A stretch of 38,673 nt of DNA, taken from assembly GCA_032718475.1 (NCBI GenBank), contig JAUCBJ010007681.1, positions 1-38,673 of the forward strand. The letters run 5' to 3'. The translations under genes were made by a program, and so were the position numbers. A model generated the notes under the pieces. The model did no database searches and was not told where the DNA came from. It saw only the letters and a program-made list of their open reading frames with translations. Shown piece after piece: positions 23,264-35,314 of this stretch (the first letter of the stretch is position 1; the number at the start of each line of letters is the position of its first letter). This DNA comes from Nemertoderma westbladi (Eukaryota > Animalia > Xenacoelomorpha).

Positions 23264-25932
23264 AAGCTATGGACTCATAGTGGACCCAGTGGTCACAAGT
23301 CCCAGATAGACCATATTCTGTTTCGTAGGAAATACAGGAGCTCTATACAAGACTGTAATGCATTTACACTTCGACCCTTCTCCAGTGATCACCGCCTTAT
23401 TGTGGCCAAGGTAAGACTTAGTCTGCGTGCTAGCAGAACAACGAAATCTGCCTTGCCGCGGCATGACTGGTCCTCTCTGTTGCAACAGCCAAGTGTGAGA
23501 TCCAGTTTCACACTACAGCTGAGCAACAGGTATGAGGTTCTTGCCTCTGAGGCGGCAGATCACTGTGAGGGCTATACTGCCTTCACAGAGGCAGTTAAGT
23601 TAGCAGCTGCAGAAACAGTTCCTGTATACCCTCGAAACAGGAAAAGGGCCCCCTGGACTGACAACAAAAGTGCCGAAATGACCTCTATAGGGCACAGAAA
23701 GAGTCCCGGCTCAAACAGACTACAGCGGCCAAGAATGCAGTTAAGGCTGCATCTAGGTCCCTGAACAGGCAGTACTCTGTTAATCTACAGGAGCTAATAA
23801 ACCAACAGGTTGATGCCATAAATGATGCTGACGACAGCAGGCAATCATCCCAGGCATGGAAATCGATCAACTTGCTTACTGGTCGGAAAAGCCAACCAAC
23901 CACCAAGGTTAAGGCTGGATCACCAGCTGATCGCCTCAATGGCTGGAAAGCCCACTTTGAAAAGCTCCTCAATAACGACAGGGTATTGCCTGATAACTTT
24001 ATAGAAGTAAAAGTGTCTGAGTCTGTACTCCCAGATATTCCCATTGGCGATATCTCCTTTGCAGAAGTGAAGGCTGCTGCAAAGAGCATTAAGACCAATC
24101 GTGCCAGTGGAGTAGATGGTGTTCCCCCTGGGGTCTTTAAACTACACTACACCAATTTTCCACCTTGGTGTAGTGGTTGCATTGAATTCACATCTCCTGT
24201 AGGTCGTGGGTTCGATCCTCACATGGGCCAGGGCAGTTTTCGTTTCGGCACGAATGCTTTAAAGGGACCAGCCAGGGCGCATCTCTGCCTTGCATCCTTA
24301 AGTGGTAGCTTAATGAGTACTGGAGTTTCCTCTGGGGAGTAAAGTTCTGGGGGGACCGCACTGGAAATAAGTCGTCAGACTTTGTGCGTAATCCCTGGCC
24401 TAGCGGCCGAGGAAAATTTACTTTACTTTTACTTTAAAATACCTGAGTGTTTAAAGCTCATCTATCCCATAATAGTAGACATGTACCGAACAACAAGAGT
24501 CCCACAAGAAATGAAAACAAATAAGTTGGTGCCAGTTCCCAAGAAGGGCAACCTTAACACTCTATGGTTCTTTTCGGTGAATCTCATTGATCTCGATTGC
24601 TGCAAAGCTATACAATAGAATTCTATTAAATCGCATCAGGGATCCCAATGAGAGACTGCTCCGTGGAAATCAGAATGGGTTCCGTAAAGGTCGTGGAATC
24701 ATGGAGCCCATTTTGGCACTTAGAAGGATAATTGAAGAGTTTCAAAAAAGAAAGACAGGCACCTGGCTGTTATCTTTGTTGACTTCTTCAAGGCCTTTGA
24801 TTCAGTCTCACGCTCACGTATGTTCAGCATACTTTCATTATATGGGATTCCTGATGAAATTATTGCAGCAATCAGATCAGTATACGATGGTTCGACAACA
24901 TTTGTGTCTACTGTTGACGGTGATACAGAACCATTTGAAGTGTTATGGGGCGTCCTCCAGGGAGACACACTTGCACCATTCTTGTTCATAATTGTGGTTG
25001 ACTATGTTCTACGCATGTCCTTAGATCATCATAATGATGATGGGGTGATGATAACTCCACCTACTGGCTCCAGAAGTCGAGGAAATCCTGCCAAGTAACT
25101 AACTGATCTAGACTTTGCTGATGACTTAGGAGTACTCTCAGAATCACTAGAGGGAGCCCAACGGCTCCTCAGCTCATTAGAACATGCTGCTTCTAGTGTT
25201 GGTCTTTTTATTAACTCCAGAAAGACCAAAATTTTGACTGTTAACTTTGAAAGTCCTCAGCAAGTCTCTGATCGGATGAGCATAACCTCAAAGGATGGTA
25301 TGCTTGAGCATGTGGACGACTTCTGTTACCTGGGATCATGGATCCGGAAGTCAGGTGAGGACCTTCGAATACGTAAGGGAAAGGCATGGGCAGCCTTGAA
25401 TAGGCTTTCCAAGATTTGGAAGTTACCGAGAATTAATCAGAAACTTAAGGTCCGATTATTTAGAGCAGCAGTAGTTCCAGTACTCCTCTATGGGAACCCA
25501 TGCTGGGCTCTAACTGCTGAGGACACCAAATCTCTGGATGGCACATTCACAAGAATGCTACGCCGGGTTCATTGTGTCAAGTACAATGCACACATCTCCA
25601 ACCAGACACTATATAACATTGGAGGTGTCTCATTGGTTCCCCCAAGCTTGACACTAGAACAAAATCGCTTCCGCTTTGCAGGACATTGCTTTTGCCGTGA
25701 GGACCAGCCAGTGCATAATCTTGTACTTTGGCAGCCTCATGGAGTGAATAAGCATGGTGGACAGCCCATGACTTTCTTGAAACGCATCTTAAAGGACACT
25801 GGCCTTGAAGATGCGGATGATCTAGCAAATGTCATGGGTGATAGGGAGTTGTGGCGGTGCAATTTTGTCGATAAGCCGGCACAGCATCCTTAAAAATGCA
25901 GCTGCAATGCAGCATGCCGATCCTAGTAGTAG
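23264..25932 (+). mobile_element. 5'-truncated, disrupted RTE-clade LINE (APE C-terminus + reverse transcriptase)
   Basis: APE motifs QIDHIL and SDHRLIVA. RT motifs PVPKKG, QNGFRKGR, FVDFFKAFDSV, GVLQGDTLAPFLF, DLDFADDL, DFCYLGS, LLYG and RFAGHC. Frameshifts occur near 23670, 24570 and 24750, with a stop at 25096. The element has a SINE insertion and a (TAG)3 tail at 25924-25932. Confidence 0.95.
24142..24431 (+). mobile_element. Full-length tRNA-derived SINE inserted in the RTE ORF
   Basis: A box tggtgtagtgg, B box ggttcgatcc and a (TTTAC)n tail. TSD ctttaaa lies at 24135-24141 and 24432-24438. Removing it rejoins PPGVFK|IPECLK in frame. The central gccttgcatcc...aatgagtac segment resembles the Deu/Nin SINE core as I recall it. 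Confidence 0.92.
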
Positions 25933-26388
25933 CATGGCATGGCAGGCGCGCATTTCACTAACCCTAGTTTGTGTAGCGCGCTTTTGTCAGTATGTTTTAT
26001 ACGTTTTGCCGAACATATTAAAAGCTTCAGCCGAGCAGATACAAATTTCCGACAGCTATCACAATACAGCTATTAGCCGAAAGCTTTCAAAAGACAACTT
26101 TGTCGGAGTTCCGATTCCGATTAGTTTTTCTTGAACCATGGAGAGGACTCGTTTCACGCTGAGCTGAAGTTGTGAAACGAGCATGATATCCCTCCCTTGC
26201 GATATCTGACAGTCAATAAATCTATAAAAAAGTTTTCTTAATTTGTAGCAAAATTTAAAAACGATAGCAACATGTTATTGTTAGGTCGTGGTAACTATAT
26301 CGGGCTGGTTATCTTAACTATGTATAATTTCTTTCAGAAAACTATCCATGATAGTGAACTATTATTTCAGGAATTTCTCCACTGTCTT

Positions 26389-29207
26389 CCCGTTGAACAT
26401 ACTTAAAGATATCCACTGGCTGCCCGTTGAACATCAACACACGATAACAATACCTAAAGATCTCCACTGGCTGCCCGTTGAACATCAACACACGACAACA
26501 ATACTTAAAGATCTCCACTGGCTGTCCGTTGAACATCAATACACGACAACAATACCTAAAGATCTCCACTGGCTGCTCGTTGAACATCAACCCACGACAA
26601 CAATACCTAAAGATCTCCACTGGCTGCTCGTTGGACATCAACACACGACAACAATACCTAAAGATCTCCACTGGCTGCTCGTTGAACATCAACACACGAC
26701 AACAATACTTAAAGATCTCCACTGGCTGCCCGTTGAACATCAACCCACGACAACAATACCTAAAGATCTCCACTGGCTGCTCGTTGAACATCAACACACG
26801 ACAACAATACCTAAAGATCTCCACTGGCTGCTCGTTGAACATCAACACACGTCAACAATACTTAAAGATCTCCACTGGCTGCCCGTTGAACATCAACCCA
26901 CGTCAACAATACTTAAGATCTCCACTGGCTGCCCGTTGAACATCAACACACGACAACAATACTTAAAGATCACCACTGGCTACCCGTTGAACATCAACAC
27001 ACGTCAACAATACTTAAAGATCTCCACTAGCTGCCCGTTGAACATCAACACACGACAACAATACCTAAAGATCACCACTGGCTACCCGTTGAACATCAAC
27101 ACACGTCAACAATACTTAAAGATCTCCACTAGCTGCCCGTTGAACATCAACACACGACAACAATACCTAAAGATCACCACTGGCTACCCGTTGAACATCA
27201 ACACACGTCAACAATACTTAAAGATCTCCACTAGCTGCCCGTTGAACATCAACACACGACAACAATACCTAAAGATCACCACTGGCTACCCGTTGAACAT
27301 CAACACACGTCAACAATACTTAAAGATCTCCACTAGCTGCCCGTTGAACATCAACACACGACAACAATACCTAAAGATCACCACTGGCTACCCGTTGAAC
27401 ATCAACACACGTCAACAATACTTAAAGATCTCCACTAGCTGCCCGTTGAACATCAACACACGTCAACAATACTTAAAGATCTCCACTGGCTGCCCGTTGA
27501 ACATCAACACACGACAACAATACTTAAAGATCACCACTGGCTACCCGTTGAACATCAACACACGTCAACAATACTTAAAGATCTCCACTAGCTGCCCGTT
27601 GAACATCAACACACGACAACAATACTTAAAGATCTCCACTAGCTGCCCGTTGAACATCAACACACGACAACAATACTTAAAGATCACCACTGGCTACCCG
27701 TTGAACACCAACACACGTCAACAATACTTAAAGATCTCCACTGGCTGCCCGTTGAACATCAACCCACGACAACAATACCTAAAGATCTCCACTGGCTGCT
27801 CGTTGAACATCAACACACGACAACAATACTTAAAGATCACCACTGCCTACCCGTTGAACATCAACACACGTCAACAATACTTAAAGATCTCCACTGGCTG
27901 CCCGTTGAACATCAACCCACGACAACAATACCTAAAGATCTCCACTGGCTGCTCGTTGAACATCAACCCACGACAACAATACCTAAAGATCTCCACTGGC
28001 TGCCCGTTGAACATCAACCCACGACAACAATACCTAAAGATCTCCACTGGCTGCTCGTTGAACATCAACCCACGACAACAATACCTAAAGATCTCCACTG
28101 GCTGCCCGTTGAACATCAACACACGACAACAATACTTAAAGATCACCACTGGCTACCCGTTGAACATCAACACACGTCAACAATACTTAAAGATCTCCAC
28201 TGGCTGCCCGTTGAACATCAACCCACGACAACAATACCTAAAGATCTCCACTGGCTGCTCGTTGAACATCAACCCACGACAACAATACCTAAAGATCTCC
28301 ACTGGCTGCTCGTTGAACATCAACACACGACAACAATACTTAAAGATCACCACTGGCTACCCGTTGAACATCAACACACGTCAACAATACTTAAAGATCT
28401 CCACTAGCTGCCCGTTGAACATCAACACACGACAACAATACTTAAAGATCTCCACTAGCTGCCCGTTGAACATTAACACACGACAATAATACTTAAAGAT
28501 CTCCACTGGCTGCTCGTTGAACATCAACCCACGACAACAATATTTAAAGATCACCACTGGCTGCCCGTTGAACATCAACCCACGACAACAATACTTAAAG
28601 ATCTCCACTAGCTGCCCGTTGAACATTAACACACGACAATAATACTTAAAGATCTCCACTGGCTGCTCGTTGAACATCAACCCACGACAACAATACCTAA
28701 AGATCTCCACTGGCTGCTCGTTGAACATCAACACACGACTACAATATTTAAAGATATCCACTGGCTACCCGTTGAACATCAACACACGTCAACAATACTT
28801 AAAGATATCCACTAGCTGCCCGTTGAACATCAACACACGACAACAATACTTAAAGATCACCACTGGCTTCCCGTTTAACATCAACCCACGACAACAATAC
28901 CTAAAGATCACCACTGGCTACCCGTTGAACATCAACACACGTCAACAATACTTAAAGATCTCCACTGGCTGCTCGTTGAACATCAACCCACGACAACAAT
29001 ACCTAAAGATCTCCACTGGCTGCTCGTTGAACATCAACACACGACAACAATACCTAAAGATCTCCACTGGCTGCCCGTTGAACATCAACACACGACAACA
29101 ATACCTAAAGATCACCACTGGCTACCCGTTGAACATCAACACACGACAACAATACATAAAGATCTCCACTGGCTGCTCGTTGAACATCAACAAACGTCAA
29201 CAATACT
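26389..29207 (+). repeat. 42-bp minisatellite (~67 copies) derived from an L2-type LINE ORF2 motif
   Basis: Unit gaacatcaacacacgacaacaatacttaaagatctccactggctgcccgtt translates EHQHTTTILKDLHWLPV. This matches the L2/CR1-group C-terminal motif HITPxLxxLHWLPV. A strict recount of the written unit gives 51 nt (17 codons), so treat the period as 51 bp (~55 copies) rather than 42. Confidence 0.9.
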
Positions 29208-29609
29208 TTTTAACTGCATTGTTGATTGAGTTTATCTGTATACAGTAAGCAGTGAGATGAGACTTCATTTTCATGACACCACCTTGCGGTTTCTTTATTC
29301 ATTTATTTTATTTCCCGAGCGGATTTTCCCGTTGCACCATAAAGTATATTGGGTTCAATGTTTTACTCTATCACCCATTATTTAAAGTATCAAATCATTC
29401 AAATTATACAATATTAGCTAGTACGAAAATGGGATGTAATAAAAACCTTGTTGCAATAAGATCCTGACTTCCTCACACTTTATTTTTACTACATAAAATT
29501 ATTCACAATATATAAAACCAACTTGGTCAACTAAAGTAAAAATTATGGAATAATTGTTTCTTTTACTATATTAAAGTCTATTGGCACATCCAATATATTA
29601 CATAAAAAA

Positions 29610-29820
29610 CAATTCTCGACGTTTGTGACGTTTGCACAATTCGCGAAACTCGAAATCGCGACGTTTGCTAAGCCAATATATTACACAATAAAAAAAATTC
29701 CCGACGTTTTCTAAGCCAATATATTCCACAATAAAAAAAATTCACGACGTTTTCTAAGCCAATATATTACACAATAAAAAAAATTCACGACGTTTGCGAA
29801 AATGGCGACGTTTGCGAAGT
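29610..29820. repeat. Short degenerate ~43-bp tandem repeat with cgacgttt motifs
   Basis: cgacgttttctaagccaatatattacacaataaaaaaaatt occurs three times, with scattered gacgtttgcga around it. Confidence 0.8.
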
Positions 29821-29920
29821 TTCTGAAATCACTATTCTGAAATTTTAACACAATTATCTGTGATCTTTTACAAACTTTACAAACAGGTTAAACCTCTTTA
29901 CACAAATACCAAATACAGTA

Positions 29921-31748
29921 TATTCCAACCGCGGTCCATCGCCCCTCCCGTGACTGTCCACGGAGTCCGGGATACACCAACTCTTCAAACCGCGGTCCAT
30001 CGCCCCCCCTGTGACTCTCAATTGAATCCGAGATACACCAACTATTCCAACCGCGGTCCATCGCCCCTCCTGTGACTCTCAATTGAATCCGAGATACACC
30101 AACTATTCCAACCGCGGTCCATCGCCCCTCCTGTGACTGCCCGTGTAGTCCGGGAACACCAATTATTCCAACCGCGGACCATCGCATCGCCCCTCTCGTG
30201 ACTATCCATGGAGTCCGGGTACACCAACTATTACAACCGCGGACCATCGCCCCTCCCGTGACTGTCCGTGGAGTCCGGGATACACCAACTATTCCAACCG
30301 CGGTCCATCGCCCCTCCTGTGACTGTCCGTGGAGTCCGACATACACCAACTATTCCAACCGCGGTCCATCGCTCCTCCTCTGACTGTCCGTGGAGTCCGG
30401 GATACACCAACTATTCCAACCGCGATCCATCGCCCCTCCTGTGACTGTCCATGGAGTCCGGGATACACCAACTATTCCAACCGCGGTCCATCGCCCCTCC
30501 CGTGACTGTCCGTGGAGTCCGGGATACACCAACTATTCCAACCACGGTCTATCGCCCCTCCCGTAACTGTCCATTGAGTCCGGGATACACCAACTATTCC
30601 AACCGCGGTCCATCACCCCTCCTGTGACTGTCCGTGGAGTCCGGCATACACCAACTATTCCAACCGCGGTCCATCGCTCCTCCTCTGACTGTCCGTGGAG
30701 TCCGGGATACACCAACTATTCCAACCGCGGTCCATCGCCCCTCCAGTGACTGTCCATGGAGTCCGGGATACACCAACTATTCCAACCGCGGTCCATCGCC
30801 CCTCCTGTGACTCTCCATTGAGTCCGGGATACACCAACTATTCCAACTGCGGTCCATCGCCCCTCCTGTGACTCTCCATTGAGTCCGGGATACACCAACT
30901 ATTCCAACCGCGGTCCATCGCCCCTCCCGTGACTGTCTATTGAGTCCGGGATACACCAACTATTCCAACCGCGGTCCATCATTCCTCCTGTGACTGGCCA
31001 TGGAGTCCGGGATACACCAACTATTCCAACCGCGGTCCATCGCCCCTCCTGTGACTGTCCATGGAGACCGGGATACACCAACTATTCCAACCGCGGTCCA
31101 TCGCCCCTCCTGTGACTGACCATGGAGTCCGGGATACACCAACTATTCCAACCGCGGTCTATCGCCCCTCCTGTGACTGTCCATGGAGTCCGGGATACAC
31201 CAACTATTCCAACCGCGGTCCATCGCCCCTCCCGTGACTCTCCGTGGAGTCCGGGATACACCAACTATTCCAACCGCGGTCAATCGCCCCTCCCGTGACT
31301 GTCCATTGAGTCCGGGATACACCAACTATTCCAACCGCGGTCCATCGCCCCTCCTGTGACTGTCCATGGAGTCCGGGATACACCAACTATTCCAACCGCG
31401 GTCAATCGCCCCTCCCGTGACTGTCCATTGAGTCCGGGATACACCAACTATTCCAACCGCGGTCCATCGCCCCTCCTGTGACTGTCCATTGAGTCCGGGA
31501 TACACCAACTATTCCAACCGCGGTCAATCGCCCCTCCCGTGACTGTCCATTGAGTCCGTGATACACAAACTATTCCAACCGCGGTCCATCGCCCCTCCTG
31601 TGACTGTCCGTGGAGTCCGGGATACACCAGCTATTCCAACCGCGGTCTATCGCCCCTCCTGTGACTGTCCATGGAGTCCGGGATACACCAACTATTCCAA
31701 CCGCGGTCCATCGCCCCTCCTGTGACTGACTGACTATCCGTGAAGTCC
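29921..31748. repeat. 61-bp minisatellite, ~30 copies
   Basis: Unit tattccaaccgcggtccatcgcccctcctgtgactgtccatggagtccgggatacaccaac. It explains the ladder of 60-aa ORFs. Confidence 0.97.
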
Positions 31749-31910
31749 TTCTCATCCGGGATTCATTCTATTCTATCTAATCACACAAAATTTCTGCACA
31801 TTTCAAATAATTTGACGTTGCAAACACGCAGTGAAGATGGATGACCGTTGTAGGGAGGGTGTTGGCTACGAAATGTACTCTAGGACCATCATTAAACAAC
31901 CTGATCTCTG

Positions 31911-32820
31911 ATTGGCTAATCGGTTGATGTAAAACGAAGTAACATCCAAGATATCGATTTCATTCTGCAATGGGAAGGTAATTCTTTTTTATAGTTATAC
32001 AGGATAAAAATGTTTAGATATGAACCGATCGGATGTTATTTGGCGACTGAATCCATTCCCTTCCAAGCACTTGGTTTGCCCCTACATGGCACTTTATCAA
32101 GACCCCTTAGCCAACTGATTTCTGCTCTGTCATTGGCTAATCGGTCGATGTAAAACGAAGTAACATCCAAGATATCGATTTCATTCTGCAATGGGAAGAT
32201 AATTCTTTTTTATAGTTATACACTGATAAAAATGTTTAGATATGAACCGATCGGATGTTATTTGGCGACTGAATCCATTCCCTTCCAAGCACTTGGTTTG
32301 CCCCTATATGGCACTTTATCAAGACCCCTTAGCCAACTGATTTCTGCTCTGTCATTGGCTAATCGGTCGATGTAAAACGAAGTAACATCCAAGATATCGA
32401 TTTCATTCTGCAATGGGAAGATAATTCTTTTTTATAGTTATACACTGATAAAAATGTTTAGATATGAACCGATCGGATGTTATTTGGCGACTGAATCCAT
32501 TCCCTTCCAAGCACTTGGTTTGCCCCTACATGGCACCTTATCAAGACCCCTTAGCCAACTGATTTCTGCTCTGTCATTGGCTAATCGGTCGATGTAAAAC
32601 GAAGTAACATCCAAGATATCGATTTCATTCTGCAATGGGAAGATAATTCTTTTTTATAGTTATACACTGATAAAAATGTTTAGATATGAACCGATCGGAT
32701 GTTATTTGGCGACTGAATCCATTCCCTTCCAAGCACTTGGTTTGCCCCTACATGGCACCTTATCAAGACCCCTTAGCCAACTGATTTCTGCTCTATCATT
32801 GGCTAATCGGTTGACGTAAA
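31911..32820. repeat. 222-bp tandem repeat, ~4 near-identical copies plus a diverged copy to ~32991
   Basis: attggctaatcgg recurs at 31911, 32132, 32354, 32576 and 32798. gaatccatt...ttggtttgcccct recurs in diverged form at 32957-32991. Confidence 0.95.
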
Positions 32821-33547
32821 AGTAAGGATCACAGTTGCACGGTAAGGCTTACATTCGAGGATGATATGAAATTGTTTCCTAATAATTTTCTTAGCATTCT
32901 AACATAACATAGAAAACATTTTGATTATCTGAACTGATGGACGACACTTGGCTAATGAATCCATTTTCTGCCAAGCAATTGGTTTGCCCCTCGGTCAGCG
33001 ATTTGTTTATAGTTAGTTAGTTACCAAAATGCTCTGCAATTGGAAAACAACTTTAGTGGCCCTCTGAAGGGAGTTTATGAAATAATTTCTTCCAGCTTTC
33101 ACAACTTTCTCTACTCTAGGTAGTGAGGATCAATAATGCAAGTAACCCACATTCGTTGATTTATGCCCTACTATATAGCTACTTCTGGATCACTCCAAAC
33201 GACGTGCATTTTTTAGTAGCACAACCTAATAAAGATGTCAATCTATAAAAATTTATGTTTTATATTTACAGCTGCAGTCGGTGAGGCAGTGGAAAGTTTT
33301 CACATATTTTAAAGTGGATACCGTGGGCGGTTGTAGGTGCGACGATATGACGCTTAGTTTGGCCATGGCGCTTCCAGATTATTCTAGAATTGAGTAAATC
33401 GGATAGATGGATGGTCCATCAGCACCCCAAAATTTAAAAAAGACTACATCGAGTGGGCCAAAATACACCTCTATATATCTCCCTACGACCCCTCAGTTCC
33501 TGCCTGTCCTAGCACCCGTTATCCGCAAATATAATGCTGACTTGCGT

Positions 33548-33864
33548 TCGCTAGGTATTAGTGTCCAAACGGTCCCGCGTAACCTTCCATCGTTAGGTAT
33601 TAGTGTCCAAACGGTCCCGCGTAACCTCCCATCGTTAGGTATTAGTGTCCAAACGGTCCCCCGTAACCTCCCATCGTTAGGTATTAGTGTCCAAACGGTC
33701 CCGCGTAACCTCCCATCGTTAGGTATTAGTGTCCAAACGGTCCCGCGTAACCTCCCATCCTTTAGGTATTAGTGTCCAAACGGTCCCGCGTAACCTCCCA
33801 TCGTTAGGTATTAGTGTCCAAACGGTCCCGCTTAACCTCCCATCGTTAGGTATTAGTATCCAAA
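33548..33864 (+). repeat. 42-bp in-frame tandem repeat, ~7.5 copies
   Basis: Unit tcgttaggtattagtgtccaaacggtcccgcgtaacctccca translates SLGISVQTVPRNLP. Confidence 0.97.
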
Positions 33865-34013
33865 TTGAAATAAATTCCAAATTAAATCCAAATTTATTAA
33901 AATAGTCATAACTACTGTACAGTATCATAACGGTATCGGTTTTGTATATATCTTTTTAGGCTTTGAACTGGTTTTTTTAGTTAAATTTTATTAATATTGT
34001 GTTTAAAATAATA

Positions 34014-34056
34014 TACCAGTGAAGACGCTCGGGAAGCGTGAAATAGCTATATGGTA
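34014..34056 (+). ncRNA. Minimal type I hammerhead ribozyme with C3G core substitution (probably inactive)
   Basis: Stem I is tacca/tggta. The core reads GTGAAGA, stem II cgct-cggga-agcg, GAAA. Stem III is the palindrome atagctat with an ATA triplet. Confidence 0.75.
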
Positions 34057-34125
34057 AACTAACATTATTTTATATTAGCCGTGGCTCAAGACCCTTACTC
34101 GTCATATATATATATTTATAATTCC

Positions 34126-34412
34126 TTCGAAAATTACGGCAGACGTGATTTTTCAGTGGCGGCCCCTCGATTGTGGAACGCGTTACCTCGGGAGGTGCGG
34201 TTAGCCCCATCATTAACATCTTTTAATCAAAACTGAAAACGCACTTTTTTACTAAATAATATAATTATTAATATGTATCTAACTCTATCAATAATTTTAT
34301 TTCATTGTATATTGTTTTTACTGTACATATTATGTCAGTTTTTAAGCACCTTGAAAAATGCCCAGAAAGGTGCTATATAAATTTGAATTATTATTATTTA
34401 TTATTATTATTA
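34126..34412 (+). mobile_element. 3' end of an L2-clade LINE
   Basis: It reads YGRRDFSVAAPRLWNALPREVRLAPSLTSF.SKLKTHFF*. A 3' stem-loop agcacctt/aaggtgct is followed by atataaat and an (ATT)n tail. Confidence 0.9.
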
Positions 34413-35314
34413 CTTCTATGCAGTTTGGGCCTATCCATTCAATCAATAGTAGCAGCTTACTAGGCCCTCATGAGTACCAGCAGCTGGTGATTCTATCGTT
34501 GAGTTGATGGCAATTATCGTGTTTTCATTTTTGCTCACTCAGGGGAATGGTTTGAGGGGCAGGTTCGTTTAAAGCCAGCTTACTGGCTATCTAGTTTTGT
34601 GGCAATAGGGAACAATTTACAAAGAAGGGTATATTTTAAATAATTCGCTTTTGTCTTCTCATTTTTATAACTCGAGTAAGTCTTACATATAGTACATTTT
34701 ATTGATGTTATTTTACCCCAAACTTGAATTTTTTGCCAGTTTTGAAAAATTCAGTAAATTTGGGTTATAGGAGACATAAATTCCAACCGATTATGAAACG
34801 ACTCCAAACCTATGGAATTGCCCTTATCCTCTTTATATATAAAAATCTCTGGTACGGCAAGAAAATAAACCTTGGTCCTATCAAATATAATTTTCTTGGT
34901 CCTTGGCAGTAAAAATTTATGTAATTTCTCTTTGGTACGCAAAGGGTTAAAAACAGCGTCCCGAAGGGAATAAAATAGGAGAAAAATTTAAATTATATAA
35001 TTATTCAAAATATTGCGCATTTTTCGGAAACGTGCGAAATTCGCAAAGAATCCGTCAGATTCTGTGCCCTAATGTGCTACAAATAGTTATGAGTCCAATC
35101 AAATTCCAGTTGATGTATCTGATCACACAAATTCTTTTCCACACCCTTGGTATACTCGGGAGTTTGTAGAAAATAAGTATCTTGTTGATAAAGCCCAAAA
35201 CAAGTGAAAAAATTCATTCTCTTAAATCATCATCAACCCCGAATGCCCTATTGGTTTTAATGAGCTTTGAAGCAGACAAGACCTCTTGGAATGTTATATC
35301 ACCAATGGGGATGT

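Larger units (their letters stand above)
33407..34097 (+). mobile_element. Internally deleted Penelope-like element (RT/GIY-YIG linker fragment, tandem expansion, 3' UTR with hammerhead)
   Basis: IYLPTTPQFLPVLAPVIRKYN...ISVQTVPRNLPSL resembles the PLE linker (xPY...IxRILxKYNIxVxFxPxNxL). It is followed by a hammerhead and the tail motif shared with 241-345. Confidence 0.62.

Noticed and set aside
24158-24230. Functional tRNA gene
   Set aside because: A and B boxes are present but no full cloverleaf. It continues into a SINE body with tail and TSD.
23257-25941. tggcatg as the TSD of the RTE
   Set aside because: It occurs on both sides but is offset 2 bp from the tail inside a catgg repeat. 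Suggestive only.
26148-26181. 10-bp hairpin ctcgtttcac/gtgaaacgag as a terminator or Helitron end
   Set aside because: There is no U tract and no CTRR terminus at the expected spacing. It is probably a TE remnant.
26348-29248. 713-aa ORF and neighbours
   Set aside because: These are repeat translations with a frame switch near 26915.
33272-33392. Possible host exon after tttacag
   Set aside because: No recognisable protein and no partner exons.
34930-34950. piggyBac-like end aaagggttaa
   Set aside because: There is no convincing matching left TIR. ttaaccctttg at 19315 lies inside another element and matches only briefly.
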